A stretch of 64,000 nucleotides of DNA from Verrucomicrobiota bacterium. GTDB taxonomy: Bacteria > Verrucomicrobiota > Verrucomicrobiia > Limisphaerales > UBA11358. The stretch is taken from contig JBEKZC010000012.1 in assembly GCA_049510295.1 (NCBI GenBank), positions 5,492 to 69,491 of the forward strand. The letters run 5' to 3'. Below, in pieces: positions 62,775-64,000 of the stretch. The translations under genes were made by a program, and so were the position numbers. The notes below the pieces were generated by a model. It saw only the letters and a list, made by a program, of their open reading frames with translations, was not told the origin of the DNA and made no database searches. Each line of letters begins with the position of its first letter. Position 1 is the first letter of the stretch.

Positions 62775-62990
62775 GGCTCACCACCGGATGCAGCGCATAC
62801 CATAGCGAAACAGCGGCCCCGCTTCCATCGCAAAGTGTAGCGGCAGCCATCCCTGGCTGCTGTATCGCCCGGCTTCCAGCCGGGTGGTCTGCCGTGGAAG
62901 CGAGGTCATGATGTGGATTCGGTTTAATCGCCCAAGCGGCAAGATGCCGCCGGATACGGCCGGCAGGATGCCCGCCGCTACAGATCGGTA

Positions 62991-63133
62991 GCACTGCCCC
63001 CGGAGCGCGGCTGTGTCACGCAAAGCGGGACCAGCCGCAGCAACTTCGCAAAATTGCCTGCTCGAATACGCCTGATGCCCGCAGAGCTTTTTATCGTGCT
63101 GCGGCTGGTGCTTTTTGTACACAGCCGCGCGCC
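62991..63133. repeat. MITE-like repeat family A, third copy
   Basis: The sequence runs gcactgcccccggagcgcggctgtgt ... ccagccgcagcaacttc ... gtgctgcggctggtgctttttgtacacagccgcgcgcc. It is collinear with 14942-15084. Confidence 0.75.
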
Positions 63134-63137
63134 CGCC

Positions 63138-64000
63138 TCACTTTCCTTTCCACCATGCCCGGATGTCGTCCGCAGCTTGATGCGCGAGCGAAGGGAAGCT
63201 CCGAACCGCCTCGCGCAACTCCGGGAAATAATGGACGGCCAACCATAGGAGAGCGGCGACAACCGCGAGCCAGACCACCGCATCCAGAACAAACACGAAG
63301 GACCAGGCCCATCTCGGCCGTCCCAAACCTCGATAGCACGCGCGTCGCGCTACTTTCAGCGGCCCCACGAGAATGCCGTAGGCGATGAACAGCAACAGTG
63401 CCGCGACCCACACCGGCACGTTTGCCGGCAGGGCCAGCCCGAACACGGCGCCGGTCGCCAGCAGCGAGATCAAAGCGCAGATCCACAGGACCTTCGCCGC
63501 GCCGTGCAGCAACGAGAGCAAGGGCAGCGCGAAGCCCATTCCGGGATGAATGGGAGCCTGCTCCTTCCAGTAGCAATGCCAATTATGCCGCCACTGATCC
63601 GCGTTCGCGCGCATATCCCGCTTGAACCGGCGCTTCCATTCGCGGCGCGCCTTGCGGTCCGGGAAACCCTTCATCGCTTCGTAATACCCCTCTTTCGCGC
63701 GTCGAATGAATTCTTGCGCCGTCGATGGGTCGCCAGACGCCGCCGCCTTTTCTTCCGGTGAACGTGCCTCGGGCACCACGATCGCCATCACCAGATAGAC
63801 GAGCACCCCGGTGCCCCAAAACATCGTCAAAACAACGAAGGCGAGCCGCACGAGGGTCGGATCGATGTTCACATAGGCGGCAATCCCGTTGCAGACGCCG
63901 GCGATCATCGCGCCCTCGTGGATTCTATAGAGCCGCCTTGGCGTCCCGCCGCACCGCGCGGCTCGTTCTTCTCCCGCCGCCCCGTGTCCACTCGCGCCGC
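63138..64000 (-). CDS. PspC-domain membrane protein (5-prime end probably outside the window)
   Basis: The PspC domain reads RRLYRIHEGAMIAGVCNGIAAYVNIDPTLVRLAFVVLT. The frame is open from 63908 to the window edge and the domain starts upstream of the first in-window ATG. Several C-terminal TM helices follow. Confidence 0.7.
   Translation of the reverse strand, partial: GASGHGAAGEERAARCGGTPRRLYRIHEGAMIAGVCNGIAAYVNIDPTLVRLAFVVLTMFWGTGVLVYLVMAIVVPEARSPEEKAAASGDPSTAQEFIRRAKEGYYEAMKGFPDRKARREWKRRFKRDMRANADQWRHNWHCYWKEQAPIHPGMGFALPLLSLLHGAAKVLWICALISLLATGAVFGLALPANVPVWVAALLLFIAYGILVGPLKVARRACYRGLGRPRWAWSFVFVLDAVVWLAVVAALLWLAVHYFPELREAVRSFPSLAHQAADDIRAWWKGK

Noticed and set aside
1-64000. Search for rRNA, tRNA, tmRNA, prophage, integrase/transposase or a genomic-island boundary
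   Set aside because: I could not recognise any tRNA cloverleaf-like segment, rRNA stretch, integrase, transposase or phage structural gene by eye. The only compositionally odd stretches are short AT-rich gaps (18.9-19.5 kb, 25.6-26.1 kb, 51.6-51.95 kb). A proper tRNAscan-SE/Infernal run is still needed, because visual inspection can miss small RNAs.

Overview
GC-rich bacterial chromosomal window. The gene content (PEP-CTERM protein, alternative complex III, PVC-style orphan GspE ATPase) and the many families of short palindromic intergenic repeats suggest a Verrucomicrobiota/PVC-type genome, but that taxonomic call is inference only. I call about 56 protein-coding genes. I recognised no rRNA, tRNA, CRISPR array, transposase or integrase. 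Layout from left to right: (1) 1-3.2 kb, an uncharacterised envelope module of lipoproteins plus a 658-aa membrane-anchored protein. (2) 3.6-14.6 kb, housekeeping and redox genes: SDR, lepB, lepA, an HTH-fused orphan GspE-type ATPase divergent from a PUR-repeat protein, an FGE-family protein, a DCC protein, a Zn-ADH and an OYE. (3) 14.6-18.9 kb, an ECF sigma / anti-sigma / RDD-fusion operon bracketed by two paralogous 74-aa genes. (4) 19.5-29.3 kb, housekeeping genes: M20 peptidase, maf, a URO-D-like gene, aroK, queG, rnr and a TPR protein. (5) 30.4-41.4 kb, a complete alternative complex III operon (actABCDEF) translationally coupled to a small membrane protein, a cbb3 CcoN homologue that has no histidine at any metal-ligand position, and a CcoO-like monohaem cytochrome. 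(6) 41.7-46.7 kb, a PEP-CTERM protein, an 84-86 bp tandem repeat and a 1133-aa TIR-WD40-Roc-COR-Zn ribbon-DUF4365-like protein, which looks like an NLR-type immune architecture built on a Roco GTPase. (7) 47-62.8 kb, a divergent two-operon arylacetate / 2-oxoacid locus: iorAB, three PaaK-family ligases (one with degenerate catalytic motifs), two ACT proteins, two thioesterases, a porin and a Liv-type ABC importer. (8) A PspC-domain gene runs off the right edge. The top candidates for novelty are the TIR-WD40-Roc-COR-nuclease giant and the histidine-less CcoN/CcoO pair welded to ACIII. Everything was done by eye from the sequence and the ORF track. All homology calls rest on recognised motifs, not on database searches.
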